Shown: one piece after another, positions 36,305 to 45,777 of the stretch
Numbering within the stretch: the stretch's first letter is position 1
Layout: each line of letters begins with the position of its first letter
NCBI GenBank assembly: GCA_903825415.1
Contig: CAIKAN010000028.1
Span: 3,474-67,473 of the forward strand
Length of the DNA: 64,000 nt
DNA from: an uncultured bacterium
GTDB taxonomy: Bacteria > Patescibacteriota > Minisyncoccia > Phycocordibacterales > PALSA-1337
Reading direction: 5' to 3'
Position numbers and translations under genes: made by a program
Notes under the pieces: model-generated
What the model was told of the DNA's origin: nothing
The model's input: only the letters and a program-made list of their open reading frames with translations
Databases searched by the model: none

Positions 36305-37501
36305 ATGAAAGACACACAAATAAAGAAACTGATAGAAGCGGAGAAGAAGAGGCAGAAGAAAGTGATCAATCTGATACCATCGGAAAACTATCTTTCCAAA
36401 GATGTTTTGGAAGCTTTAGGATCTGAACTGAACGATAAATATTGTGAAGGCTATCCAGGCCGCCGCTATTATGGAGGTAATGGGATTATGGACAAGATAG
36501 AGCTGCTCTGCATCGATCGTGCGCTGAAAGCCTTCAAACTCGATCCAAAGGAGTGGCATGTAAATGTTCAACCGCATTCAGGTTCGCCAGCAAACTTGGC
36601 AGTGTATCTCGCGTGTGTGCCAAAGGAGGGGAAGATAATGGGTATGTCATTAGCTCACGGTGGACATCTCACCCACGGTCATAAAGTTTCGGCTACAGGC
36701 AAATTATGGACTCAGATACCTTACGGTCTTGAACCGGTCACTGAGGTGCTGAATTACGATCAGTTGCGTGAAATGGCTATGAAAGAAAAGCCTGTTATTA
36801 TCGTGGCTGGGTATACGGCTTATTCACGGTTCATTGATTGGGCGAAGATGAGGGAGATAGCGGATGCTGGAAATTCACTTTTAATGGTCGACATGTCCCA
36901 TATTGCAGGTTTGGTAGCAGGAGGGGCGTATCCGTCGCCTTTTCCATTTGCAGATATCGTCACCACGACGACGCACAAGACTTTGCGCGGTCCGCGCTCA
37001 GCGATCATCTTCATGAGGAAGGACGAGCGCGAGCTAGACAAGAAGATTGACAAAGCAGTCTTTCCTGGGCTTCAAGGCGGTCCTCACATGAATCAGATCG
37101 CGGCTGTGGCTGTAACATTGAAAGAAGCCAGCTCTCCATCTTTCAAAAAATACGCTGCCCAAGTCGTGAAGAATACGAAAGTCTTGGCTGATGAATTGCA
37201 TAAGTACGGTTGGCGGGTAGTTTCTGGAGGCACTGATTCGCATCTTTTCTTGTTGGATACATGGAATAATGGCGTAAATAACGAGAAAGGCGCCGGAGGC
37301 GTTTCTGGAAAGGATGCCAGCGACAAGCTGGAGAAGGAGGGCATCATCGTGAATAAGAACGCTATACCATTCGATACGCGCCCGCCGGCTGATCCTTCAG
37401 GGATACGCTTGGGCAGTGCCGCTGAGACGACCAGGGGGCGCAAGGAGAAGGATTTCAAGGCTATAGCCAAGAGGATTGACAAGATTTTGAGGAAGGCGTA
37501 G
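36305..37501 (+). CDS. glyA: serine hydroxymethyltransferase
   Basis: LIPSENY, EGYPGRRYYGG, TTTHKTLRGPR. Confidence 0.98.
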   Translation: MKDTQIKKLIEAEKKRQKKVINLIPSENYLSKDVLEALGSELNDKYCEGYPGRRYYGGNGIMDKIELLCIDRALKAFKLDPKEWHVNVQPHSGSPANLAVYLACVPKEGKIMGMSLAHGGHLTHGHKVSATGKLWTQIPYGLEPVTEVLNYDQLREMAMKEKPVIIVAGYTAYSRFIDWAKMREIADAGNSLLMVDMSHIAGLVAGGAYPSPFPFADIVTTTTHKTLRGPRSAIIFMRKDERELDKKIDKAVFPGLQGGPHMNQIAAVAVTLKEASSPSFKKYAAQVVKNTKVLADELHKYGWRVVSGGTDSHLFLLDTWNNGVNNEKGAGGVSGKDASDKLEKEGIIVNKNAIPFDTRPPADPSGIRLGSAAETTRGRKEKDFKAIAKRIDKILRKA

Positions 37502-37537
37502 TATTCTTCCAGACCATTTGCCTGAGTGACTTGGTTT

Positions 37538-37772
37538 TAGTCGAGGGAACCGTACAGGCTGATGTCTCCATTGGAGATCATGACCATCGGTTGTATGGGT
37601 TGGATCCTCGTAAAACCTCGGAGGACCTATGAGCATTGCAGTGTTCCTTGCCGACTGCTTCGCGCGCGGCCCGTAGGGGGACCTCGCCGGTAGTTATCGC
37701 TCAACTCGAGTTTCTATCGTTAGAATCACGTGGCCGCCGCCCTGGCTCCTATGGGTTGCGGCCGCTTTTTTT
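37538..37772 (+). ncRNA. candidate structured RNA downstream of glyA
   Basis: Stems agtcgagggaac/gttccttgccgact and gcggcccgtagggg/ctcctatgggttgc with G-U pairs on the + strand; ends in a T run. Confidence 0.45.
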
Positions 37773-37853
37773 GTACATTTATTGATTTTTGGAAAGGGGG
37801 ATGTGGCCAAAACACACTTGACAAGAACATGTGGAGTATGGTATACTAGCAAA

Positions 37854-38125
37854 AGAGAACAGAGTGCAGGAAGCAGCTATGGATGCGGGTTCCCCGTACA
37901 GGGTACGGTAAGGGTCGAATTCCCTTGATGGTCTGATTCCGAGATAGTCTTTCTGGTCATAGAGTAGGCGGGAGGATGGTTGCTCTTTCGCGGAAGAGCG
38001 AATCGCCGACAATGTAACACCGCCACCGATAGATGAATGGGAGCATGATATAACAAATAGATTGCATGCTCTCTCGAAGGATCCCTGCACCTCTCTTTCT
38101 CCCAAGCCGGTTCGCCGGCTTTTTT
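37854..38125 (+). ncRNA. candidate ~270 nt multi-stem ncRNA
   Basis: Promoter TTGACA 37818 / TG-g-TATACT 37842; closing stem gtgcagg/cctgcac; terminator aagccgg-ttcg-ccggctt-tttt. Confidence 0.6.
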
Positions 38126-38210
38126 GCGTATACGATCACAACCACCGTTCACCGTATCACAACTCATCTGTCTCATTTTTCTTTGAAGCTCTTTCTGCTA
38201 GAATGACGTC

Positions 38211-39920
38211 ATGAAAGAACAGATCCTAGAATGCCTGAAAAAGGCAGTTACAAAGCTTGGAATAGATGCGTCTGACGCGAATTTGAGCTTTCCTGATAAT
38301 GTCGATCATGGCGATTATACGACCAATATCGCTCTCATAAGCGCTGGAAAAAGCAAAACCAATCCGAGAAAACTAGCGGAAGAGATAGTCAAAGAGATAG
38401 AGATCAAAACACCTGACTTCTTGGAATCTGTCACTATCGCCGGGCCAGGGTTCATAAATTTCAAGATCAAAGAAGGGATTTTGGCGAAAGAGGTCGTTAA
38501 GCTTTCTGAGGCAGGAGATGATCTCGGTAAATCTCAAACTGAGGCTGGCAAAAAGATCCTGATCGAATATACGGATCCAAATACATTCAAAGCTTTCCAT
38601 ATCGGCCATTTGATGGCGAACGCCATAGGTGAGTCGTTGTCTCGGCTCATTGAATGCTCCGGCGCCTCAGTCACTCGCCTGTGCTATGCGGCAGATATAG
38701 GTTTGCATATCGCGAAAGCTATTTGGGCTTGGCAAAGACATTTGAATGAGACTCCAGCTGACGATGCTGATATCATTCCACGCACCGCATTTCTGGGAAA
38801 GATGTATGTCGAGGGGACGAAAGCTTACGATGATGATCCCATCGCAAAAAAAGATATCGATGCCCTGAATAAAGTCATTTACGATAAGTCTGATGACAAA
38901 GTGATGGCCTTATATGAAAAGGGCAGGAAGTGGAGCCTCGATCATTTCGAGCTTTTGTATAAGCTATTGGATACGAAATTTGACGCTTATCTTTATGAGA
39001 GCGAGATGGCTACGGTCGGCTTAAAGATCGTGAAAGAGAATATGAGCAAGGTATTCAAAGAAAGCGATGGAGCGATAGTCTTCCATGGTGAAGATTACGG
39101 TCTTCATACCAGAGTATTCATAAACTCTGTCGGCTTGCCTACATACGAGGCAAAAGATATGGGGTTGAATGCCACGAAATTCTCAAAGTATCCTGACATT
39201 GACCAGTCTATTATAGTCACCGCGAGCGAGCAGAACGAGTATTTTAAAGTCATCCTCAAGGCGCTTTCCTTATTTGATAAGGAAGCCGCAGCCAAGACTA
39301 TGCACATAGGGCATGGAATGATGCGCTTTGCTTCCGGTAAGATGTCTTCGCGTACAGGAAATGTCATCACTGCGGAATCCTTACTCGCTGATGTGAGAGA
39401 GATGGTTGCTGAGAAAATAGCAAGCCGAGGATTCGGTGAAGGGGAAGCGACCGAGATATCGGATATTATCGCTGTAGGTGCTATAAAATATTCCGTTCTC
39501 CGTTCAGCGATCGGCAGCGATATCATCTTTGATTCAGCAAAATCTATCTCCTTCGAAGGCGATTCTGGTCCATATCTACAATATTCTGCCGTGCGAGCCG
39601 CTTCTATATTAGAAAAGGCTAAGCAGGAAGGGGTGTCGCAGACTGTCAATTCATTGCCGGAAAAAGTCTCTTTGGTTGAAAAGCTTTTGATCAGATTCCC
39701 GGAGATCATCTCTAGAGCCAAAGCCGAATATGCTCCACAAGGAGTCGCCAATTATCTGATGAGCTTGGCGGGAGCATTCAATAGTTTCTATGCTTCGCAA
39801 GTCATCGTAGACAAGAATGATAAGCTCTCTCCGTACTATGTAGCGCTTACTAAGGCATTCAGACAGACGATGGTGAATGGGTTGTGGGTGCTGGGAATAA
39901 AAGTCCCTGAGAAGATGTAG
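38211..39920 (+). CDS. argS: arginine--tRNA ligase
   Basis: HIGH, KMSSR, FEGDSGPYLQY. Confidence 0.97.
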   Translation: MKEQILECLKKAVTKLGIDASDANLSFPDNVDHGDYTTNIALISAGKSKTNPRKLAEEIVKEIEIKTPDFLESVTIAGPGFINFKIKEGILAKEVVKLSEAGDDLGKSQTEAGKKILIEYTDPNTFKAFHIGHLMANAIGESLSRLIECSGASVTRLCYAADIGLHIAKAIWAWQRHLNETPADDADIIPRTAFLGKMYVEGTKAYDDDPIAKKDIDALNKVIYDKSDDKVMALYEKGRKWSLDHFELLYKLLDTKFDAYLYESEMATVGLKIVKENMSKVFKESDGAIVFHGEDYGLHTRVFINSVGLPTYEAKDMGLNATKFSKYPDIDQSIIVTASEQNEYFKVILKALSLFDKEAAAKTMHIGHGMMRFASGKMSSRTGNVITAESLLADVREMVAEKIASRGFGEGEATEISDIIAVGAIKYSVLRSAIGSDIIFDSAKSISFEGDSGPYLQYSAVRAASILEKAKQEGVSQTVNSLPEKVSLVEKLLIRFPEIISRAKAEYAPQGVANYLMSLAGAFNSFYASQVIVDKNDKLSPYYVALTKAFRQTMVNGLWVLGIKVPEKM

Positions 39921-39992
39921 GGTATTCCACTCGAACCCGATTTTGGTTTCTTGAGAAGTAGTAAAATAAATAAAAAGTGCTACTATCATTCT

Positions 39993-40229
39993 ATGACTAC
40001 AAAGAATCAATTCAATATCATCATAAAGAGGACCAGAAAATGGTTCATCGGTTGGGTGGAAGAGATTCCAGGAGTTAATTCTCAGGGTAAATCTCTCAGA
40101 GAGCTGCGACAGAACCTTCATGATGCATTGCTCATGATTATTGATGCCAACAAGACTATTGCTCGGGAAAATATCAGTAAAAGCAAGAATTACCGCAGAG
40201 AGCTATTGAATATTCAAGTCCCGGCTTAA
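39993..40229 (+). CDS. hicB: HicB-family antitoxin
   Basis: WVEEIPGVNSQGKSLREL. Confidence 0.85.
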   Translation: MTTKNQFNIIIKRTRKWFIGWVEEIPGVNSQGKSLRELRQNLHDALLMIIDANKTIARENISKSKNYRRELLNIQVPA

Positions 40230-40235
40230 TTCGAT

Positions 40236-40430
40236 ATGAAAAGGCTAGACTTGATGAAGCACTTGAAAGAAAATCATTGCGAACTCTTTAGGGAAGGGGC
40301 AAAACACTCTGTGATCAAGAATATATTGAACAATAAGGTATCTTCGATCCCAAGACATTCAGAAGTCGAAAACCATCTTGCGAGGAAAATTTGTAGGGAC
40401 CTCGGTGTAATTGAGATCACAAAGAAATAG
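40236..40430 (+). CDS. hicA: HicA-family toxin
   Basis: REGAKHS, IPRHSEV, KICRDLG. Confidence 0.88.
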   Translation: MKRLDLMKHLKENHCELFREGAKHSVIKNILNNKVSSIPRHSEVENHLARKICRDLGVIEITKK

Positions 40431-40470
40431 CTAGAATTAAGGCGGCAAAAGATGTTAAGATAACTTCATC

Positions 40471-43400
40471 ATGGATGAGTTAAAACCAAACAAAAGCCCG
40501 CATGCCGAGCGCGAAGAGCGCATTTTGGCGTCATGGAAAGAGAAGGGAATATTCGAGAAGAGCTTGGAGAAGAACAAGGGCAAGGGTAAAGATTTCCTCT
40601 TCTATGAGGGTCCTCCCACTGCCAATGGCCGTCCAGGCATCCACCATCTCGAAGCTCGCGCTTTCAAAGACGCTATACCTCGATACAAGACCATGCGGGG
40701 ATTTTATGTGCGCCGCAAGGGAGGGTGGGATACTCACGGCTTGCCTGTAGAATTACAGGTTGAAAAGGAGCTTGGTCTCAAGTCCAAGAAAGAGATCGAA
40801 CAATATGGCATAGGCGCATTCAATGATAAATGCAAAGAGAGCGTCTGGAAATATGTCCATGAATGGGAGGGCTTCACCGATCGCATGGGGTATTGGGTCG
40901 ATCTCAAGAATCCGTATATCACATACAAGCCCGAATATATCGAATCTGTCTGGAATGTGATCAAGACTGTCGGTGACAAAGGCTTGCTCTACAAAGATTA
41001 CAAAGTCGTGCCATGGTGCCCTCGTTGCGGTACGGCATTGTCTTCGCATGAATTGGCGCAGGGGTATCAGGACGTGAAGGATCTGGCGGTCACGGTGAAA
41101 TTCAGAATCAATAATCAAAAGGCAAAAGGCAAAAATGAAAGTCAAAACTCAAAAGTAGAAGACACTTACTTGCTAGCTTGGACGACGACACCTTGGACGT
41201 TACCGGGGAATGTGGGGTTGGCAGTTAATTCAAAAATTGAATATGTGAAGATAAAAGTCGAAGATGATGGTTTCTATATTCTTGCGAAATCTCGTCTGGC
41301 GGTCTTGAAAGATACGAAATATTCGACCGTTGAAACAATGAAAGGTTCAGAGCTTGTCGGTATGGAATATGAGCCTCTTTATCCGTTTTTGAAGGACAAT
41401 ATCTCCGGTCCCGAAAAAGAGAAATTGGGCAACGCTTACAAAGTCTATGCCGCTGATTTCGTCACCACCGAAGATGGCACGGGCATAGTCCATACAGCCG
41501 TGATGTATGGCCAAGACGACTTTGAATTGGGAACGAAAGTAGGTCTGCCCAAATATCATTTGGTGAACGAAGATGGGACATTCAAAAAAGAGGCCGGATT
41601 CTTGGCGGGTGCTTTTGTTAAAGATCCAGGTACAGATGTCGCTATCATCAAGGATCTAGCTGGCAGGGGATTATTATTCGCAAAAGAAAAGTATGAGCAT
41701 AGCTATCCTTTCTGTTGGAGATGCCATACCCCTCTCATTTATTTTGCGCGCGATTCTTGGTATATCAAGATGTCGGCCCTGAGGAATGACCTGGTCAAAG
41801 AGAATGAAGGCATACACTGGGAACCTGGGCATATCAAAGAAGGGCGCTTTGGCGAATGGCTATCCGAGGTCAAGGACTGGGCTATTTCTCGTGAGCGCTA
41901 TTGGGGCACACCTTTGCCTGTCTGGTCATGTGAAAAGTGTAAGAAGATAAAGGTTGTAGGTTCGAAGGCGGATGTCTCTCAAAAGCCGAAAAATAGCTAT
42001 TCCATCATGAGGCATGGACAGGCTGAGAACAATACTCTCGGTATCATAAGCGATAAGCCTGAATATCCGCATCATTTGACGGATTTGGGCAGGCAACAAG
42101 TGGCTGAGACTGCTGAATCTCTGAAGGGTTCGAAATTTGATTTGATATTCGTATCTCCATTTGTGCGCACGATGGAGACGACGCAGATCCTGAAGGGTAA
42201 GCTCGGCTGGAAAGATGAGCAGATCCATGTCGATAGCCGCATCCACGAAGTTGGGGTCGGTGATTGGAGCGGCAGGAAGGTCGCGGATACCATGAAGGAG
42301 TTCAAGTATGAAGATAGATTCGAGCGTTGTCCGAAAGGAGGGGAGACTTATGCTGACGTAAAAAAGCGCATGGGAGATTTCCTGTATGACCTTGAATCAA
42401 AATATGAAGGCAAGAAGATTTTGATCATCTCTCATGAGACGCCGTTGTTCCTATTAGTCGCTGTAGCCAAAGGTTTGGACCGCAAACAATCTCTCGATCT
42501 GCGAGGAGATAAAGAATATATCGCCAATGCCCAAGAACAGGATCTTGATTTTGAGATCATTCCACATAATTCTGAGTATGAGCTCGACCTGCATCGTCCA
42601 TTCATAGATGAGGTAAAGTTGGCCTGCGAGTGCGGAGGCACCATGAATCGTGCCAAGGAAGTTTTGGATGTCTGGTTCGATTCCGGGTCTATGCCTTTCT
42701 CGCAGGACCATTATCCATTTGAGAACAAAGAATTGATCAATGGCAAAGGCTATCCAGCCGATTTCATTTCCGAAGCCATAGATCAGACTCGTGGTTGGTT
42801 CTACACTCTCCATGCTATCGGCATTCTGATGGGCAAAGGCAAGGCTTTTAAGAATGTCATTTGCTTGGGCCATATCTTGGATGCCAAAGGCAAGAAGATG
42901 TCCAAGTCGATCGGGAATGTGGTCAACCCTTGGGAGATGATGGATAAATACGGAGCCGATGCTTTGCGCTTTTGGATGTATTCGGTAAATCAGCCGGGAG
43001 ATTCCAAGAATTTTGAGGAGAAGACTGTAGATGAGATCGTGAAGAAGGTGTTTAATCTGGCGGCGAATGTATTGTCTTTTTATAAATTGTATGAGGATGA
43101 TGAAATCAAAAATCAAAAATCAAAAATCAAAAATACAGATAAAAAAGTCAAAAATAATCAATCGCAAAATGTTTTGGATCAATGGATTGTTGCTAGGTTG
43201 AATCAATTAATAAGCACGATTACAAAAGGACTGGATGGTTACATATTCATGGAACCAGCTAGGGCGATACGTGATTTTATGGCGGATCTATCGCAGTGGT
43301 ATCTCCGGAGATCGAGAGATAGATTTAAAGAGGAAGGGGAGGACAAAGAACAGGCTCTGGCGACAACCAGATTCATACTGATCACTTTAGCAAAGGTGAT

Positions 43401-44001
43401 GGCGCCATTCACGCCATTCTTCGCCGATTATCTGTACGAAGAGGCGGGCGGTGGATTGGAGAGCGTTCATCTTGAGAATTGGCCGGAGGCGAGCGAAATT
43501 GATATAAGTATCTTAAAGGATATGGAAACAGTAAGATATTTTTCTTCGAAAGGACTTGAGGCGCGATCACTTGCAAGGATAAATGTTCGGCAACCGCTTA
43601 AGACATTCCATATCAACGAATATAAATCATACATGCTCAAGCACGATTCAAATGGCTCCAATAAGGTTCCTAGTAGTGAGAAGATATCTCTGTCAGAAGA
43701 TATGGTCAATCTGATTCGTGATGAAGTAAATGTTAAGAATGTCTTATTTGATTCGACTATAGAAGAAGAGGTAAAACTAGACCTGATCATCACTCCTGAA
43801 TTAAAAGAAGAAGGCGATCTGCGAGAGCTTCTCCGCAAAATCCAAGACTTACGCAAGGAGAAAGGCTTAACTGTCGGTGACTTGGCGGTTTTGATGGTCA
43901 CGGATGAATTCAAGGCTATCGTTACCAAGAATGGAGACGCTATCAAGAAGGCTACGAATCTTAAGAGTATTGAATTTGGCGCAAAGTTGGAGATAAAATA
44001 G
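40471..44001 (+). CDS. ileS: isoleucine--tRNA ligase (type 2) with an inserted histidine-phosphatase domain
   Basis: EGPPTANG, GWDTHGLP, WTTTPWTLP, ISRERYWG, KMSKS; internal MRHGQAENN. Confidence 0.96.
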   Translation: MDELKPNKSPHAEREERILASWKEKGIFEKSLEKNKGKGKDFLFYEGPPTANGRPGIHHLEARAFKDAIPRYKTMRGFYVRRKGGWDTHGLPVELQVEKELGLKSKKEIEQYGIGAFNDKCKESVWKYVHEWEGFTDRMGYWVDLKNPYITYKPEYIESVWNVIKTVGDKGLLYKDYKVVPWCPRCGTALSSHELAQGYQDVKDLAVTVKFRINNQKAKGKNESQNSKVEDTYLLAWTTTPWTLPGNVGLAVNSKIEYVKIKVEDDGFYILAKSRLAVLKDTKYSTVETMKGSELVGMEYEPLYPFLKDNISGPEKEKLGNAYKVYAADFVTTEDGTGIVHTAVMYGQDDFELGTKVGLPKYHLVNEDGTFKKEAGFLAGAFVKDPGTDVAIIKDLAGRGLLFAKEKYEHSYPFCWRCHTPLIYFARDSWYIKMSALRNDLVKENEGIHWEPGHIKEGRFGEWLSEVKDWAISRERYWGTPLPVWSCEKCKKIKVVGSKADVSQKPKNSYSIMRHGQAENNTLGIISDKPEYPHHLTDLGRQQVAETAESLKGSKFDLIFVSPFVRTMETTQILKGKLGWKDEQIHVDSRIHEVGVGDWSGRKVADTMKEFKYEDRFERCPKGGETYADVKKRMGDFLYDLESKYEGKKILIISHETPLFLLVAVAKGLDRKQSLDLRGDKEYIANAQEQDLDFEIIPHNSEYELDLHRPFIDEVKLACECGGTMNRAKEVLDVWFDSGSMPFSQDHYPFENKELINGKGYPADFISEAIDQTRGWFYTLHAIGILMGKGKAFKNVICLGHILDAKGKKMSKSIGNVVNPWEMMDKYGADALRFWMYSVNQPGDSKNFEEKTVDEIVKKVFNLAANVLSFYKLYEDDEIKNQKSKIKNTDKKVKNNQSQNVLDQWIVARLNQLISTITKGLDGYIFMEPARAIRDFMADLSQWYLRRSRDRFKEEGEDKEQALATTRFILITLAKVMAPFTPFFADYLYEEAGGGLESVHLENWPEASEIDISILKDMETVRYFSSKGLEARSLARINVRQPLKTFHINEYKSYMLKHDSNGSNKVPSSEKISLSEDMVNLIRDEVNVKNVLFDSTIEEEVKLDLIITPELKEEGDLRELLRKIQDLRKEKGLTVGDLAVLMVTDEFKAIVTKNGDAIKKATNLKSIEFGAKLEIK

Positions 44002-44028
44002 AGACATGCCGAGCGCGCGATTCCCATA

Positions 44029-44757
44029 ATGTATAGCATCCAAACTACCCCTGGTTTCATCATCGATTCGCGGGCATACGGCGAAGCGGGGAAGATGTTA
44101 TTCATTTTCACGAGAGATCTGGGTTTGGTCATGGCGGTGGCGCAGGGGATACGCTTCGAAAGATCGAAGCTGCGGCCTTTCACGCAAGACTATTCATTCG
44201 GGGAATTCTCATTTGTCAGAGGGAAAGAGATGTGGAGATTGACGAGCGCGCAGGAATTCGATGAGTCCGGCGAGCTCGGTGAATATCATTTTCCCTTGTC
44301 AGGTAAAATCGCCTGCTCCAATTGCAACCGTATCATGGCTTGCCAGAGGCGCCAAGATACGGGCAATTGTAGCAGGCTCGAATCGCATTACCTGACAAGG
44401 GAAAATGATATTCACCGAGCTCGCCTACGCTCTGAATTGATAGCACGAGTAGCTTCGCTCCTTCGGCGATTCCTTCGAGGGGAAGAAGCGCATCCTGAAT
44501 TATTCGAATGTGTGAGGGCTTGTGGCGTCTTCTTGGCTAGCGATGAAGGCGACCTGACTTCAGAACAAATGGAGACACTTGAATCGTTGATCGTGATCCG
44601 CATCTTGCATAATCTAGGATATGTGGGGGATGTCTCGGGTTTGAATGGGGAAGTCTCTTCCAATGAGATCAGTCTGAGCTTGCTCGATGGCTTGAAACAA
44701 CATAGGGTGGCGATGAATAGGCATATAAACAAAGCGTTGAAGGAATCGCATTTATAA
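44029..44757 (+). CDS. recO: RecO-like DNA repair protein with an in-frame palindromic insertion
   Basis: YGEAGKMLFIFTRDLG..AQGIR..RSKL N-terminal OB motif. Confidence 0.8.
   Translation: MYSIQTTPGFIIDSRAYGEAGKMLFIFTRDLGLVMAVAQGIRFERSKLRPFTQDYSFGEFSFVRGKEMWRLTSAQEFDESGELGEYHFPLSGKIACSNCNRIMACQRRQDTGNCSRLESHYLTRENDIHRARLRSELIARVASLLRRFLRGEEAHPELFECVRACGVFLASDEGDLTSEQMETLESLIVIRILHNLGYVGDVSGLNGEVSSNEISLSLLDGLKQHRVAMNRHINKALKESHL
44269..44425. repeat. palindromic repeat family A inside recO
   Basis: Perfect 38 bp inverted arms 44269-44306 / 44388-44425. Confidence 0.92.
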
Positions 44758-44901
44758 ACGTTGATTGTTATAAACAGTAGCGGCAAGAGAGGAGGAGACT
44801 GAGAGGCTTGACTTCTATCTAATATTTGCTAACCTTTTAGATGAAGAAAACTTTCGGCCGCAGTTCTATACGACTGCAACTTGGCGGAGGGTTTTTTTCT
44901 T

Positions 44902-45306
44902 TTAAGCCGGAAAGACTGACATAAAATACTTTTGCTTGTGCTTATTCTCTTTGATCTGAACATAGAATAACTCTCCAGTATGAATTTGACCGATAAATCT
45001 ATGGAGTATCTCTGATTTTCTCATGGGATTTGTCTGAGAATACGGTTTTAACATTGTATTCTCAATGAGATCTAGAGCACAAAGATAATATTTGAGACGG
45101 CGTACGCGATCATGCATATTCTTTTCTCTAAGATGTGCCCAGAAATAATCTAGTAATATCTTCTCTTTTTTGAAATATTTCGATCTGATATATGGCCGCC
45201 TTTTGGTTCTGGATTCGATATCCTTGTATATAGATAATGCCGTCGGATAGATTTCCGAATATTTTGTTCCAGCAAGCGGCCGCATCATCGTCTTGAATAT
45301 ATTCAA
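44902..45306 (-). CDS. hypothetical basic protein (possible RelE-like nuclease fold; start uncertain)
   Basis: RRPYIRSKYFKKEKI ... FYVQIKE ... FMSVFP. Confidence 0.6.
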   Translation of the reverse strand: MNIFKTMMRPLAGTKYSEIYPTALSIYKDIESRTKRRPYIRSKYFKKEKILLDYFWAHLREKNMHDRVRRLKYYLCALDLIENTMLKPYSQTNPMRKSEILHRFIGQIHTGELFYVQIKENKHKQKYFMSVFPA

Positions 45307-45777
45307 GGTTTCCAGATTCTATCAAACCATTATGAAAAAACGCTGAATTTTTGTTCAAAAAAGGATAAAGTTTTTGTGAGCTATTGGTTTTCAATAATAT
45401 CTGGGGAGGGAATATCAGATAGGAGCAATGAAAGATCCCCATAGGGCTACGGATATGGTATGGAGTGCGATCAAGAAGCGGTGTTTAGAGGAGAGAGGCC
45501 TTGCGGTCTCTCACACTGCTTCCTTATCTGATCCCAAGTTATATCCATAGCCCCATGGGGACTAGGTTTCAGCTTTCGCTGATCGAGGTGATGGTGACTC
45601 TATGAGCCTACAGATCCCAGATCCTATAAGCTCATTAAAGTGGAGTAATTTTTGACAAGTTTTACTCCGTGATCAGTACGGATACCGATCAAACTTGCCA
45701 AGGAGGCGATCCTTGGGGTCGTGCCGCTGCGCTCTGCGGCCGAGGTTATGGAAGGTTTATTTACGACCTATAAAGAA

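Noticed and set aside
37854-38125. RNase P RNA or tmRNA assignment
   Set aside because: No GAGGAAAGUCC P4 motif and no tRNA-like termini were seen
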